Notes: generated from the sequence alone by a model not told the origin. Shown: positions 1-13,008, numbered from the stretch's first letter. The stretch is 64,000 bases of DNA from Paramecium tetraurelia (GCA_000165425.1 CT868680.1:62001-126000), one strand, 5' to 3'. Translations and numbers: made by a program.

Positions 1-434
1 TGATGATGTCCTTATTTACTTTTCGAATAGTAATCAATTAAAATCAATTTCAAGTCTAGTTATAATAATTTATTATATCTTGAGATATTATAAGATAATC
101 ATGAATTATGATTTTAACTCTTATAAATTATAATTAAGATTTGTACTTAAATCTTTAAAAAAACGATTTAGTTATACCCAAATTTGTAATGTAGATTAGG
201 AATTCTGAGATGTGAATAAATTATTATTGATGCTCTAAAAAATATATGCAATTAAATTCGTTATTAAAAGTTACATTTGATGTCAATTATTCTTTTATGA
301 ATATCCATTTAATCTAATTTTGTTTAGCAATAAAAAATGATTTACAATTAAAATAGTAACTAAAATTCAACTGAATAAATTAAACTATTGTAATTATTCT
401 ACTATTCAATTAATAAAACTTATTTGCAAATATT

Positions 435-1181
435 ATGGACAACTAAATGCCAATTATTAGAAAACGGAGCAACATAAGTGATAAGGGATAAGAAAAGAAC
501 AGTAACACTCCTCCTATGATAAATTGTGATAAATTGATAACTAATTTATAGAAGATTACATTGATGGATATATTAGATCAATTCGCAAAGGACTCAGAGA
601 GCAAGAGTCTAATAGAGATTTTAAGATCAATCTTTGAGATTTCAGAAAAGCCTCAAAGGGTTTAACAGAAATCTTAGGCTGATTTGTGGAGTATCAATAA
701 TTACAAAGATAACTAAAAATTCGAGTTTAATGATGAATAAAATAAATTTAATAGGAAAAATTGTTCTGACAATTAGAATACTAAGTAGAAGGATTACAGA
801 AATAGAGACAACGATAAAAACTACCACAATGAGAAGTTTGATAGATATGATCGATAAGATAAATACGATAGGAATGAGCGAAGACCAAAACAAGATAATA
901 ATGAGAGAAATGATAGGCATGATCAATATACTAAGAATGACAAATATCAGAAATATGACAGGAAGGACAATTACGATAGGCGGGATAATTAGGATAAGCA
1001 TTTTAATGACAATAAGGGAAGGAGGGATTATCATGGGAATGACAACTAGAACTAAACACAGGAGATCAGAAGTGATTGGGTTGTAAAGATACCAGACAGT
1101 GTTGCATTTGGTTAATAATAATGGGGAGCAGAGAATTTTAATTAGAATTAGTTGTAGTTGTCTGTGGCGACTCCTAAATGA
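435..1181 (+). CDS. Hypothetical protein with D/R/N/Y-rich low-complexity region
   Basis: Open frame in ciliate code from about 552 (KITLMDILDQFAKDSESKSLIEILRSIF...FDRYDRQDKYDRNERR...) to TGA 1179-1181. 5' exon structure and start are uncertain. Confidence 0.6.
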
Positions 1182-1205
1182 ATAAATAATTAATTTAATT
1201 ATAAA

Positions 1206-3027
1206 ATGTTATACGGACTTTAATGCAGAAAGCATCCAAGTATTTAAGTATCTTTTGTGTGCACTAAAGTGAATTGCAATTATGGCAATCTTCTGTGTTA
1301 GTAATGTAAATGATTTTATTGAAACCATAGGCATAAATGGAAATTTATAACATAAAAATGAGCATAAGAATTATTTGAATCAGCTTAATGAATTTGTCTA
1401 TCAGTAGAATGGGAAGACAAAAACTGTGTTGATTCCCAGCATTAATAGTACACTTTAAGAATTAGATAAAAGATTGAAGGAATATAATGCATTGATAGAC
1501 AGAGAGGCATAGGAAATTGATACGGATATACAACAGTTGTTGAAGATTTTTTATGAGAGTTCAGAGAAAGCAAAGAAACAGATTCAGGAGATAATCAGAA
1601 GAGATTTATGTGAGTAGCAAGCAAAAAATCTAAATTTTAAATAGCAATTACAAGAAATACAATCTAATGAGTAAAAAAGGAACGACAATACCAATTATTT
1701 ATTCAATACAATATTCTTTAGAGACCAAGATAAGGAATTACCCGTGTCTGAATAATCTTTAATGTAGATTATCAACAAGTATAAAATACTGTAATATGAA
1801 GAAATGGAAATCTGAACTAACTACGATGTGACATTCTCAATTGCTTAAATAATGTAATTGGTACATTATAACCTACGAGTAATAGAATTCGCTACAAGAG
1901 TACCTAGAATCAAATGTAATTATTCAATCTACTTAAAAATGACTTCATTCAAAGTTTGAATTGTCTATTCCAGAAACTAACGGATCTCACCCAAGAGTTC
2001 CACACAGTTGAAGACATGAAGCGTAGTTTGTATTAGTTCGGGTCTTTAGATGGTTCTTAATCGCTCAAATAATCATAAGTGGTATAAAGGACTTTGGGAT
2101 CTTCTCAGTTCATAAGCACAGGACACTAAAGCCAGAGATTCCATCGCTCAAATAGTTAATCTTAGATTATGAGTGTGAAGACCCTAGAATCCTTCCCGCC
2201 CTTGTCTCATATGATTTAATCAATTTTGAATAAGATAGGCCATTTATAGCCTCCTTAGGCAGATTCTTTGTTGAATAATATCGAAACAGTGCCTCCTTGT
2301 TAATTCCCCGATGGGATTATCTATGAAGGTCAGATTTAGAATAATTAGAGGTTTGGTTGGGGGAGAGCCATCATTGGACAAGACTATTTCGAAGGATATT
2401 GGAGAGGTGGATTGCCTTTTGGATTTGGAAGAATAATTTTGGCATCTGGAGATTATTATGAAGGGTTCTCTTAAAATGGTAAGGCAAATGGTAGAGGATA
2501 GTTTGTGTCTGGGATTTATTCCTATGAGGGAGATTGGGAGGAGGATCAAAAACATGGGAAAGGGTAAGAGATAGTGTAAGGAAAGTATGAATACAAAGGG
2601 GACTTTAAGAATAACATGAAGTGTGGGTAGGGGACATTGGTTGATTTGGTGACAGGGAATGTGTACCAAGGGGAATTTTTGAATGATTAGTTGTAAGGAT
2701 AGGCTACGATTGAATATAAGAATGGGGACAAATACTTAGGATATGTCTTAACGGTGGATGGGCAGATAAAAAGAAATGGGTAAGGAATCTATTACTGGGT
2801 GGATTCGAGGAAGTATGAGGGACAATATGAAAACGACAAAGAGCATGGAGATGGAGTATTCATATGGTATTTGTCATTCTAATAGTGAAAATAGGCCAGA
2901 CTAATGGATGTATAAAGGGTAGTGGTACTTTGGAATGCAACATGGAAAGGGAATCCAATGCAATCCTTAAGGGAAGGAGAGAGAGGGGATTTGGGAGAAA
3001 GGATAGTTTAATAAGTGGATTAGTTGA
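1206..3027 (+). CDS. MORN-repeat protein with N-terminal B-box-like Cys/His cluster
   Basis: MLYGLQCRKHPSIQVSFVCTKVNCNYGNLLCQQC at the N-terminus. C-terminal repeats YEYKGDFKNNMKCGQG, YQGEFLNDQLQGQA, YEGQYENDKEHGDG, YKGQWYFGMQHGKG. Tiny introns; TGA 3025-3027. Confidence 0.85.
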
Positions 3028-3084
3028 AAAGTGTGATGTCTATTTAATATAAAATATTCAGTTTATATTGATAATCTTAATATT

Positions 3085-4315
3085 TCATTTCTTGCCATAT
3101 GAAGTTTAGTTAGCCATTTCCAATACTTGTTATTTGAAGATGTGGATCACTTCATCGATGATGGCGTTCTCCTCTATTGTCATAGTTAAATAAATACCAT
3201 TTCTTCTATTTAATTCGGTATCATAGAGTTCTCTCAACTCATATAAACTAGCTGTGGCAGCATTGATGGCATTTTGTGAATCCTTTAATACTGAATTGGC
3301 TTTGGCCTAAACAGCAAGGGCAGCTTATTCTTACTAAAAGAGATTAGATTCTATATGATTACCACAACTAATTTGTCTTGGAGTTGAGTCTTTCTTTAGA
3401 TTTCATCTTATAAGTGAACCTTCTCAGCTTCAGAGTCAGCCAACCAATCAGCTAATTGATAATATCCAGCGATTTCATTTTGTTCTAAAGCAGCCAAAGC
3501 AGATTTCAATTGATCTTCCAAATCACTCAAGGCATTATAGACTAATTGACCAACATTGACTCCTGGTTGTCTGTCTCCTCCAGTTGTGCCTTCGCTCTCT
3601 CCCAAAGCGTGTAATTCAGCATTTCCTGAGGCTTGTTCTGAAGCCAATTAAGCGAATTTGCTCATGGCATCTTGATTAAATAATTGACTGTATTGTTTCA
3701 ATTTGTCAGCAACATTCTCGACTTTCAATTCAACCATTGATGATGGAGCTCCTGTTAAGTATCCGCTAAGCATTTCCTCATATAGTATACCTCAAATCAT
3801 TCTTTAATATTCTGATGACTCCCAAAGCATCGTTGTGTTATTTAATTGCTCTTACAAACAAACCATTTGAGAAACATCTGAGTTCTTCTAATTCAACTTC
3901 TCTTCTGTCGATATCAGCTAATCTTTATGTAGCCCAAGCAATGTAGTCTGTTGCTTCCTGAAGTGTTATATGATTTCAATTACTCTATATTCAACTCCGA
4001 TTTACTCTCTTCTTGCCTTTGCACTTGCCCAAGCCTTTTGATTCAATTCATTCACTTTTGATAAAGCTGCAATTCTGGATTATCCAATTTCCTCGTCTGA
4101 TATGTTTTTCTCATCTGCTAATCCTTATGCTTCTATATTGCTTGTCTTCAAATCATTCAATAAATCATAGACTGCTTGAATAGCATCATTTGATTGTGAT
4201 CCTGTCTTTGAAATTGATTGCAATTTATTATTACCTACAACAACAGTGCAAAATCAATATCCCACGCTTGAACACTCACTAAAGCAATCAAAGCTACGGT
4301 TATGAACTTATTCAT
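3085..4315 (-). CDS. Trichocyst matrix protein (TMP) precursor
   Basis: Signal peptide MNKFITVALIALVSVQA, acidic heptad-rich halves (QAVYDLLNDLKTSNIEAQ; VGQLVYNALSDLEDQLKSAL; ELYDTELNRR), ends TSYGKK-TGA. Confidence 0.85.
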
Positions 4316-4853
4316 CTCAATAAAATTAATAATATATTTCCACAAAAACGGGTAATCACTTAATTAAAAATTAATATCAATCAATACAAACACAGCAAAA
4401 ATACCAAACAACCCTTCCAATAATCTCTACTTCTCAATCTGTGTTGAATATATATTCATTATATTCATTACTCTTACGATTCACCTATTATTTATCTGGA
4501 TTCTAAAGAACAATTGCGTTTCTTGTAAAAGTATAGTCCTCCTTTACTTTTTGAAATACACCAGTAATCTGAATATTAAATCATCCACTCTGGTCACTAG
4601 AAGTCGTTAATTTTATTAATTTATAATATTCCAGATATATTCTAATTAATTATTCTAAATTAATCACTCCCATGCTAAGATTGGATTCTCAATTTTAGTC
4701 TAAAAAATATAATATATATTTTATTAATCGGACTCTTCTATAATACCTCCATTAGCTTGTATTTATTTGATTTTTTTTTTCAAAATTAAAATTTATATGT
4801 AACGATAATCATTTCAAAATAGGAAAGATGTTAATATAGATTATCTATTTTGA

Positions 4854-5666
4854 TCATAAAAATGATCTGATATTGTTTTACAAAATAAAATCATCATTTC
4901 CTTTGCAAATACTCTATTCGCTATCACTTCCTATTTCTTCCAAATTAGCATTAACTTTTTCGTTCGGGGTTCCATATGCCGTATTTGTATTATTATTATT
5001 GTTGTTTTCACTCAAATATATTAGTACTGAATCATTTTCAACTGCTTCTATTATGGCTGTTCCCGGTAGCTCATATGTTAAATCATTTATAACTAATTTA
5101 AATTTCTTTTCTCGCAAATTTTCAATAAACTTAGCACATTCAAAGGCATTAAAATCAAGTTCACCATCAGATTCCTATTTTTCATAGATTACTTCTTAAC
5201 AGAATTTTGATTTATCCTTATTTTACTTTATTTTCTTCTTATTCAATACATCTTCGTCTTGATTAGAGGGTTAAGGAGCTTTTTTGAATTATTTCTTGAT
5301 CATTTTCCATTCTTCAGATATTAACTGTGTCAATTAATTATGATTAAGTTCTGGTCTTTCTAATTTAATTTCCTTTAATCTTGAATTATAATAGGATTTC
5401 CAATCATCATTTTTATTGACTTTGGATTCTTTATTCGCCTAGATTAGTTTGTCCTGATTGGTTTCCTTGTTTCCCATCTACTCAAAAATATCTTCTGCAC
5501 TTGACTCATTAAATATTTATTCTTAATGAATAGGCTATTCCACTTTAACTAACTGTATAAAATATCATTCAATATATACTTTCAATGAGGGTATTTGCTT
5601 AAATTTCTTGTCTTTAAATAATTCGAATTGATTGCAAAATATTTGCTTCTTTTTTGAATTTTACAT
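4854..5666 (-). CDS. Protein with HMG-box-like segment
   Basis: ATG 5666, one 27-nt intron. WKSYYNSRLKEIKLERPELNHNQLTQLISEEWKMIKK resembles HMG-box helices 1-2. TGA 4854-4856. Confidence 0.7.
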
Positions 5667-5858
5667 TTTTTAATTTATAAATAATTCATAATGGCGGTAA
5701 CGCTCTTAAATTCATTTCAAGGGCATCAAAACAAAAACTTATTAATCACCAAGGACATTTATCTGATATTCTCAACGTCTATGATGATAGAACACCAAAT
5801 ATTAATCTAAATTTGAAATGTATAAAATAATAATAATTTCCATAAAAATTATAGCAAT

Positions 5859-6612
5859 TCAATTAGGTTTCTAAAATTAAACCTTATGAGAGTATTCTCT
5901 GTCATCTATTTCATCATCCACATCCTTTACATTATTGGTTTTGTATGGGTGTTTGAGTTTATCCTTGATCTCCTCATACTACTCATCCTCTTCCGCTGGC
6001 TTTGGAATAACACCTACATCATATATTTAAATGCAAACCTTGCCCAATCAGTAGGTCTTCAATCGAAGCGAAAGTAATTTTTCTTAATTTGTGGATAAAG
6101 GGAATATTGGAAACTGCCTTAGTGTCTTTGTAAATAATGAAACAGGGACATTGATCATCTGGAAAATTTTCAATACATTTAGTTGCTACCATCTTAACAA
6201 ACTTAATCTCCTAATACTATTTGGCTAGCTCCTACAAGACTTCATTGAGTTTCAAAGATTCCACAATATAATCTTGATAAAGAGATAGAACAACAAATCG
6301 ATCTTTTGATGCTTCAGTCACCTGTTTAACATATTCATCCCGAGAAATCTCGTACACTTCACCGTATAGCTTCTTCTAAGACTATTCCATCATTTATTAC
6401 AGTCTACATTGAATACACCCATACCTTTAAGCTTTATATTATTTTGTGAATTCATCATCTTCAAAGAAATCATCATCGCTATCTTGTTTATCGTCTAATT
6501 TCTAAATGGCTTATTAATAGGTTTCTGCAAGAGTTGTCACTTTCTCTCTTTCCAAATAATTTCCATGTTTCACATGAATGTCCTCCCACTACGTAGTTAC
6601 ACCATTAGCCAT
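5859..6612 (-). CDS. Phosducin-like protein (PhLP2/PDCL3 type)
   Basis: TTQWEDIHVKHGN, YGEVYEISRDEYVKQVTEAS, IKFVKMVATKCIENFPDDQCP; two tiny introns. Confidence 0.9.
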
Positions 6613-6714
6613 TGATTATTTATTTTTATTATTACATATACTACAAACTACATTCTCTTTATACTCATACATAAGAAGGATTAAACTTAAAATATATAAC
6701 TGTGTTAGTAATGA

Positions 6715-7220
6715 TCAATATATAATTAATATCCATATTCAATAGAATGAATTGCGATTTCCATTGTAATAATCCCATTTCTCTTTATCTTGTTAAATGT
6801 TTCCAATTGTATTTGGAATTTAATTTAACTAGGCTTACTGGTTACCATTTTTCTATTATACAGGAAAACCCATGGAATATCCATCTGCATTTTCTTATCC
6901 TGCTTGTTAAATATTTATATCTTACCGGATTCTTCTTTAGTTTTTTAATTATCCACTGTGTCAAACATATCATTGTACATTGTATCGATACTATTAAGGG
7001 CATCATCTAACTCCTTGTTGCTCCCTGGTTCAAAAGAGAATGGAGCAGGTTTCTTTGGTGGAACAGTAGGCTTATTTTTTGGTTATTATGCATATTATTG
7101 CTATGGAACTTATTATCCAAGGTATTATTATTAAGCGTAAATTTATGGATATTAGACATAGCTTTATTATGAGTATTAATTTTGAGAGTAGGCATTACCA
7201 TAATTGTTAGGGATTTACAT
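6715..7220 (-). CDS. Hypothetical Q/Y/P-rich small protein
   Basis: MQIPNNYGNAYSQNQYSQQSYVQYPQIYAQQQ...PTVPPKKPAPF...; one 26-nt intron; TGA 6715-6717. Confidence 0.7.
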
Positions 7221-7276
7221 ATTATTAAATAAGAATAATAATAAAACTATATATACTACAGATGCAGACTTAATAA

Positions 7277-7322
7277 AAATATAAATCTCCAAAATATGAT
7301 TAATCTTTGGAGATTTATATTT
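7277..7322. repeat. Perfect 17-bp inverted repeat with 12-nt spacer
   Basis: aaatataaatctccaaa (7277-7293) and tttggagatttatattt (7306-7322) are exact reverse complements. Confidence 0.9.
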
Positions 7323-7584
7323 ATCAAATATTTTTGGTTAATTTTATAACTTTGCTATATGTTATATGGTTTCATTATAAAAAAGGTGAGCTTCCAAAAG
7401 TAAGAGGATAGTTCTCAATAAAAAAAAATTTAATAAAAAAGCTTAACAAATGTACTTCACAGTTTTCCTGAACATTATTAATATATTTTTTCGCTTGACT
7501 TTCAAATTTATGAAGTATTTATATTGAGAAGATTAAATTTCTTAATTTAATAATAAAACTTATATTTTGATTTTGATTAGTTCT

Positions 7585-8486
7585 ATGAATCCATGTGAAT
7601 TCTAAAATATACATTAATTTACAGGTTACAATATTTAATTCTTGTATTTCAGTATCAAAAAAGAAAGTATTCTAACTGTATTTTTTTTGACTTTATTTAT
7701 ATTTTAAAAAAGGAAGGAGTATTAATTTTGATACTATTTGATTTAATTATCATCCATAGTTTTTCCATATTATAGTAATCACATATGCTATAATTTCTTG
7801 AATTTTAAGCTTATCTGTAATAAAAGACTGTCATGGCGTTGCTAGACTAAATAATTAAGTTTTAATCAGATTTATTTTCAGAATTTAAGCATTTTATTTC
7901 TATGTCAAGAATCTTATAAAGTTAAGATGAATAATTATTAGGATATGCAAATTTATCAGAAAATAAGCTCAATAATCTATTTTTATAAAACTTATATTTA
8001 AACTTAATTGCTATATAGGATCAATTATACTCTATATCTTAAAGAAGAATTTGAAAATTACTATTGAATCATCATTTAGTTAACTAGATTAAATAAGAAT
8101 AAGTATAAATTTTAACAACAGTATAAAGTTCTAAGACACCCTCTTCAGTTATAGTCTTAAAATAATGTTCGATAATTTGCTGAAATATTAACAACTAATT
8201 TAAATTTTATAATCCATTAGAAACTATATATTTAGCTACAAATTTAAGTTTTAGATTTAATCTGCTTGATTAGAACTATCCACTTAAAAATAAATAATTA
8301 TCAAGAAAACTAGTGAGAGTGTAGCACTTATTATTTTCAAAGGAGGTGCAGACTCCATATCCTATGTTATAAGTAAGAATTGATTTCAATTTAAGAAATT
8401 GGCAGGAAATTACCTTAGAAAGAGAAGAAATCGCCGTAATTAAAATACATCCTACTTAAAGTATCAAATTTTATGATATTCTCTGA
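7585..8486 (+). pseudogene. Possible decayed gene
   Basis: Several protein-like open stretches in different frames (about 7712-8054 and 8190-8486) that are not joined by clean introns. Confidence 0.3.
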
Positions 8487-8529
8487 AAAATTAAATAGAA
8501 TCTGATTGATTTAATAATAAAGGATGCAT

Positions 8530-8806
8530 TCAGAGACCATCATGTATTTTTCTTCTTCTTCTTTTAGGTTTAGCGCCTCCACATGGACAATTATCATCTC
8601 CAATTCCATCCTACCATCTACATGTGGAACCATCTTCGCAAGAGCATTCACCGTTTAGATTATCTGTGCATTATAAATGCATGTATGTGCATTTGAAATC
8701 TTAGGCCAATTGCATGCAATCTAGTTTAAAGATAATTAATACTTGCATTCACTTAAGTTATTTAAAGCAGAAGGAGGAGTGCTCCAATGAATATAAATTT
8801 CTTCAT
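8530..8806 (-). CDS. Small secretory-pathway Cys-rich protein (about 84 aa, 8 Cys, C-terminal HDGL)
   Basis: MKKFIFIGALLLLLQITQVNA | 22-nt intron 8721-8742 | NCMQLAQDFKCTYMHLQCTDNLNGECSCEDGSTCRWQDGIGDDNCPCGGAKPKRRRRKIHDGL-TGA. Confidence 0.85.
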
Positions 8807-8950
8807 AATTATAATAATTAATTGATTTTTTGAGTTATTAATTTAAATTCAATCATAAATTTATGCTCTCGTGTTGCATAATACAATTATTGTAGTATTA
8901 ATAAATTTATGAGGAGAATTAAGAATTGAAAAAGATGTTAATATAAATTT

Positions 8951-10558
8951 TCACAAGAATACTTAAATATCATCTTATATTTATTCAAATTTGGAAAGAT
9001 ATTTTACATTGTCTACAAAAATGGTAGAATCAGATTCAGTAATGATCGGATCTATTTTAATTACTTTAATCAGAGCTTTAATGTCATAAGAAGGGATAAG
9101 AGTATTCTTACATTAAATGTAAGTTAATATGTAATGCAAAGGAAAATGAGTATCTTCGAATTGATCCATTTCTGATCTGGGGAATAATAATCTCCTTTCT
9201 ACATCCTTGATGTACAGATCTTCTAGGTTGTATTCGCCAAGTAAATTCTTGACTTGAATAATAAAAGTACTATTAATAAATGGCTTAAGGATTTATTATC
9301 TAAATAATTCAGCTTTAATATCCTTTATTCTTGAATGCAATGGCAATGCCACATACTCTCCGACTAAATAGGGGAAAAGCCCATTCTTAATTGCCACAAT
9401 GAACTATTCGCTTTCAAATCTCTGTGTTTGTAAGAATTTATTATAGGCAACACTTCTCAATAATCTAAGCATTAGATCCTTGGCTAAACTTGAATAAAAT
9501 CCATTGTCAAAAAGCTTAGTAATAAACGGAATCGGTTTTTAGATTAAATATCGATACTCCTCGAATTAATTTAGAGCTCTTTCAATAAAGAGATAGTTGT
9601 AGTTAGCCTTCATTAACACTTGAGCAATGGCATACTTAATATAAAATATTTCTAGATAAGTGAATTGAAGAGTTGTAAAAAATTAAATCATCTATTCAAA
9701 ATTAATGATGCTTTCATAATAAACCCCCTTTAGTAGTTCTTACAATACAACTTTTAATTAATTAAGATTAGTGTTTTGAAAAAACATTTTCATTATGTCT
9801 TAAGACAGGAGATAATCAAAAACATCATTATTTAATTATTCAACTTAAAACCTATCAATTCTCACTACATTGTTTCCCCGATCTCTTTCCCATCTATTGG
9901 TAAATGCGATTTCTTCAGGTAAAACTTTTTTTGATGTATTTTTCCTAGAGGCGTACTTACTCATCTCATTCTATGATTATTATAGTGAGGGTAGATGAGT
10001 ACGATTGTCTTGACATGATTCCAAGGAATTTCTATTATTCTAAGTTAAGTCCTTGATTGTGATATTTCTTGACTGATATTCTACTTTCTTGGGTTTATAG
10101 AGTCCATTAAAGAATCCTTGCTGTTGGGAACCATCCAAATTGGATTGAGATTTGCGATGTTGAGTTTTACCAACATAATTCAAATTAGGAGTGACTATCG
10201 ATGATTGGATGTTATTGGTGATTGTATCTATAGATTCTTGTTTAAATTAAGAATACTATTCTTTTAGCAAAGAAGACTATCTTTGAGAAAGTTTGTTTGT
10301 CTCTTAATAGTAATCAGATTATAAGGAAGGTAGCAGAGGATTCAAATAAATTTTTCTGACTGCTATGCTTAATTTATCTTCTGATCTTTATTTGAGTTTA
10401 GCTCTCTCATTCAAGTAACGTTAATACTTTTCAACTACTTACTTATATTGTTAATTAGTGGTTTCATTATTACTAAATTATAACATATAAAAATTATCAT
10501 AATTTGCATTTTCTTAATTGTTTATTTGTGATTTGATTTAGTTTAACTATTTCCCCAT
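8951..10558 (-). CDS. Hypothetical protein (about 535 aa) with degenerate truncated-globin-like domain
   Basis: Uninterrupted frame from ATG 10558 to TGA 8951-8953; the true start may lie further upstream. Contains VEQLNNDVFDYLLSQDIMKMFFQNTNLNQLK...AQVLMKANYNYLFIERALNQFEEYRYLI. Confidence 0.7.
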
Positions 10559-11923
10559 TGATTTTTATATTGACTTGAATAAACACACCATTCAAAATAC
10601 TTTCAACATTTTATACTAAAATTACCCATTATTCACATGCTTAACTTTAGATTTGATTTAAATAAATTGTTTGATATCAATTTTCATTGAATCATCCAAT
10701 CATAGATGGCAACCTCAAACTGTCTGTGATTCTTATCAATAAAATAATAGATTTTCTACACAAAATTAAGATTTTTATAAGTGTTGAAGAGAATATATTA
10801 TTTTATTTATTTAAATGAATTTAATTTATAAATTAATAATGAAGCTTACTAATCTTTTACTAATTTTCAATAATTAATCATATATTTAAGATCTCTTTTC
10901 AACATAATTTAAATTCAATCAAAATTAATCTATGTTGAGAAAAAATAAATTTATTAAAATTAACCAAATAAAACCATTAAATAGTATGCATGGTCAAAAA
11001 AATATACGATATAATTGTATATACTTTTCAATAAAATGGCTTTAAAAATTTAACTTATATAATTAAAATTCAGAAATTTCATATAAACAAACTCTCTCAT
11101 TAAAATTAAGGGATTGCTTAAATAAGGTCAACATTTTAAGATAATCTGCAGATAAAAGAGAAAAGAAATTATCAACTCTTGATACTCTTATTCTTATCTG
11201 TTAATAAGATAGAAAAATAATTATTTCCTAATGAAAATTATTTGTTTGTTCAATTTGAACAAATGATCTAAAATTAGTGAAAGAATTTAGAAGCTAGAAT
11301 TTACTTTCATTAAATTTCCAAAGATCTAATAAGTAATATTAGATAAAGTTGCACTTTTTTATGTTGAATATAACATATAATATTTCTAAACTCCTATATC
11401 TTAGAAACTTAGGCGATCATATAATCATAAAATGACTCATGACTTAGAAACACCTATGCAAAAATGATTGTTTACTAACTAGTGTATTTCAAAAAGAATT
11501 AAATAGAAGAAGATGTCTATAAGGAAACTTAATGAAAAAATTTGGATTATATATTGATAAATAAAATTCTACATCAAATTGATTGATAGAAATGGATGAT
11601 TTAAAAATCTTAGAATTCCTATTTTCAATCTACAAATCAGATCATATTGATTCCTGACATTTATCTAAAGAGAAATATTGATACTTATTCACTTTTAGAG
11701 TGGATTATCTCTTTTATTAACATATGATAATATATTTACTCTGAATCTATCAGAAAATATTATTACTGAAAGATAGGGCTGCTTTGGTGAAAATTACTTC
11801 AAGCAAACATCAATAAAAATTGACTTTAAATAGATTATTAGAGACAGATTCTTTCTAATAATCCAACAGTTTTAGGAATTTGAGTAAAGAATTTATAAAT
11901 TAAATGTATTATTATTATACAAT

Positions 11924-12334
11924 ATGCAATTTGACCAAGACTTTGGCCCTTGGTGCAATGATTAGATAACACCAAGATCGCGATAGAATTACTCTCATAA
12001 GACTTCATCAAATAAAAATATAAGCGAAATCAATACCGTTTAAAAGAATTTTCATAACATCAACTCTACAAAGAGATCTCAATTTCCAAAACTTAAATTA
12101 AACAATATTTCTCCTCAAGTGTAGACAAGAAGATCATCTAACAACGTTTCAGTGAAGAAAAAGGAAGAATAAGCTGAACAATAGACTTTACCTAAATTAC
12201 AAAATAAAGCTCTATTATAGTTAAAAATACTAAGACATAGACATACAGAAATAAATGTGGTTTCATAAATTGAAAATATTATAAGGAGAAATTTATTTTA
12301 TATTCCAACACGCAAATATTCAATGATAGATTGA
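11924..12334 (+). CDS. Hypothetical basic protein (136 aa)
   Basis: MQFDQDFGPWCNDQITPRSRQ...IPTRKYSMID-TGA, intronless. Confidence 0.65.
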
Positions 12335-13008
12335 AATAATTATTTAATAAATAGAAATCTGAAACTATAACTATATTGTGATATAATCAAAGAGGTTTTA
12401 CATAAATTCAAAATATTATTATAATTTAAATCTTTTGAAAATAAAATAAAATAATGTCATTATAGATTTTAATTTGAAGAAATATTATCAATATCAAATA
12501 TCATCTATAAGTAGTAATAATAATTATTGCATATTAATTATTTGAATCAATCTTCCTTTTCACTCCAAATCCTTAATTAGAATTCTTATCTAATAAAATT
12601 GAGAGAAAAGTTACGTTAATTATCGGTAAGAACAACTCTGGAGTTTGTTCCATCTTAAGAATTCGAAAAGCTATTTTCAATAATTTATTGTATATAAATA
12701 TATATAATAATATTTCAAATTCACTTTTGGTATTTGATATAAAATTACTTACTTTTAGAATTAAATTAAAGAAGAGATATTGAAATTTAAGTTTAGATAC
12801 GACAATATTGCAATCAACTGAAAATCTTATTAAATTTTATGAGCTATAAATTTATAATAATATTTATAATATTAGATCAGAATAATAGTTCCTCGGTTAG
12901 GAATAATCTTATCTTTTTTTGATTCATTCGTAAGTTCTTTTATTAAAATAAAAAACTTTTAAAATTAATACGCTCATAATAAATACACATATTAATTTAT
13001 TTAACTGA

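Noticed and set aside
634..1086. Track ORFs 634-1086 (+) and 642-1034 (-), I/M-rich
   Set aside because: Off-frame and antisense shadows of the D/R/N-rich frame of the 435-1181 gene.
4380..4760. Possible small gene or selenoprotein with in-frame TGA
   Set aside because: Several competing frames on both strands, no CxxU/UxxC motif, no recognisable homology or SECIS.
11245..11263. Palindrome tttgttcaa-t-ttgaacaaa
   Set aside because: 9-bp AT-rich arms are plausible by chance.
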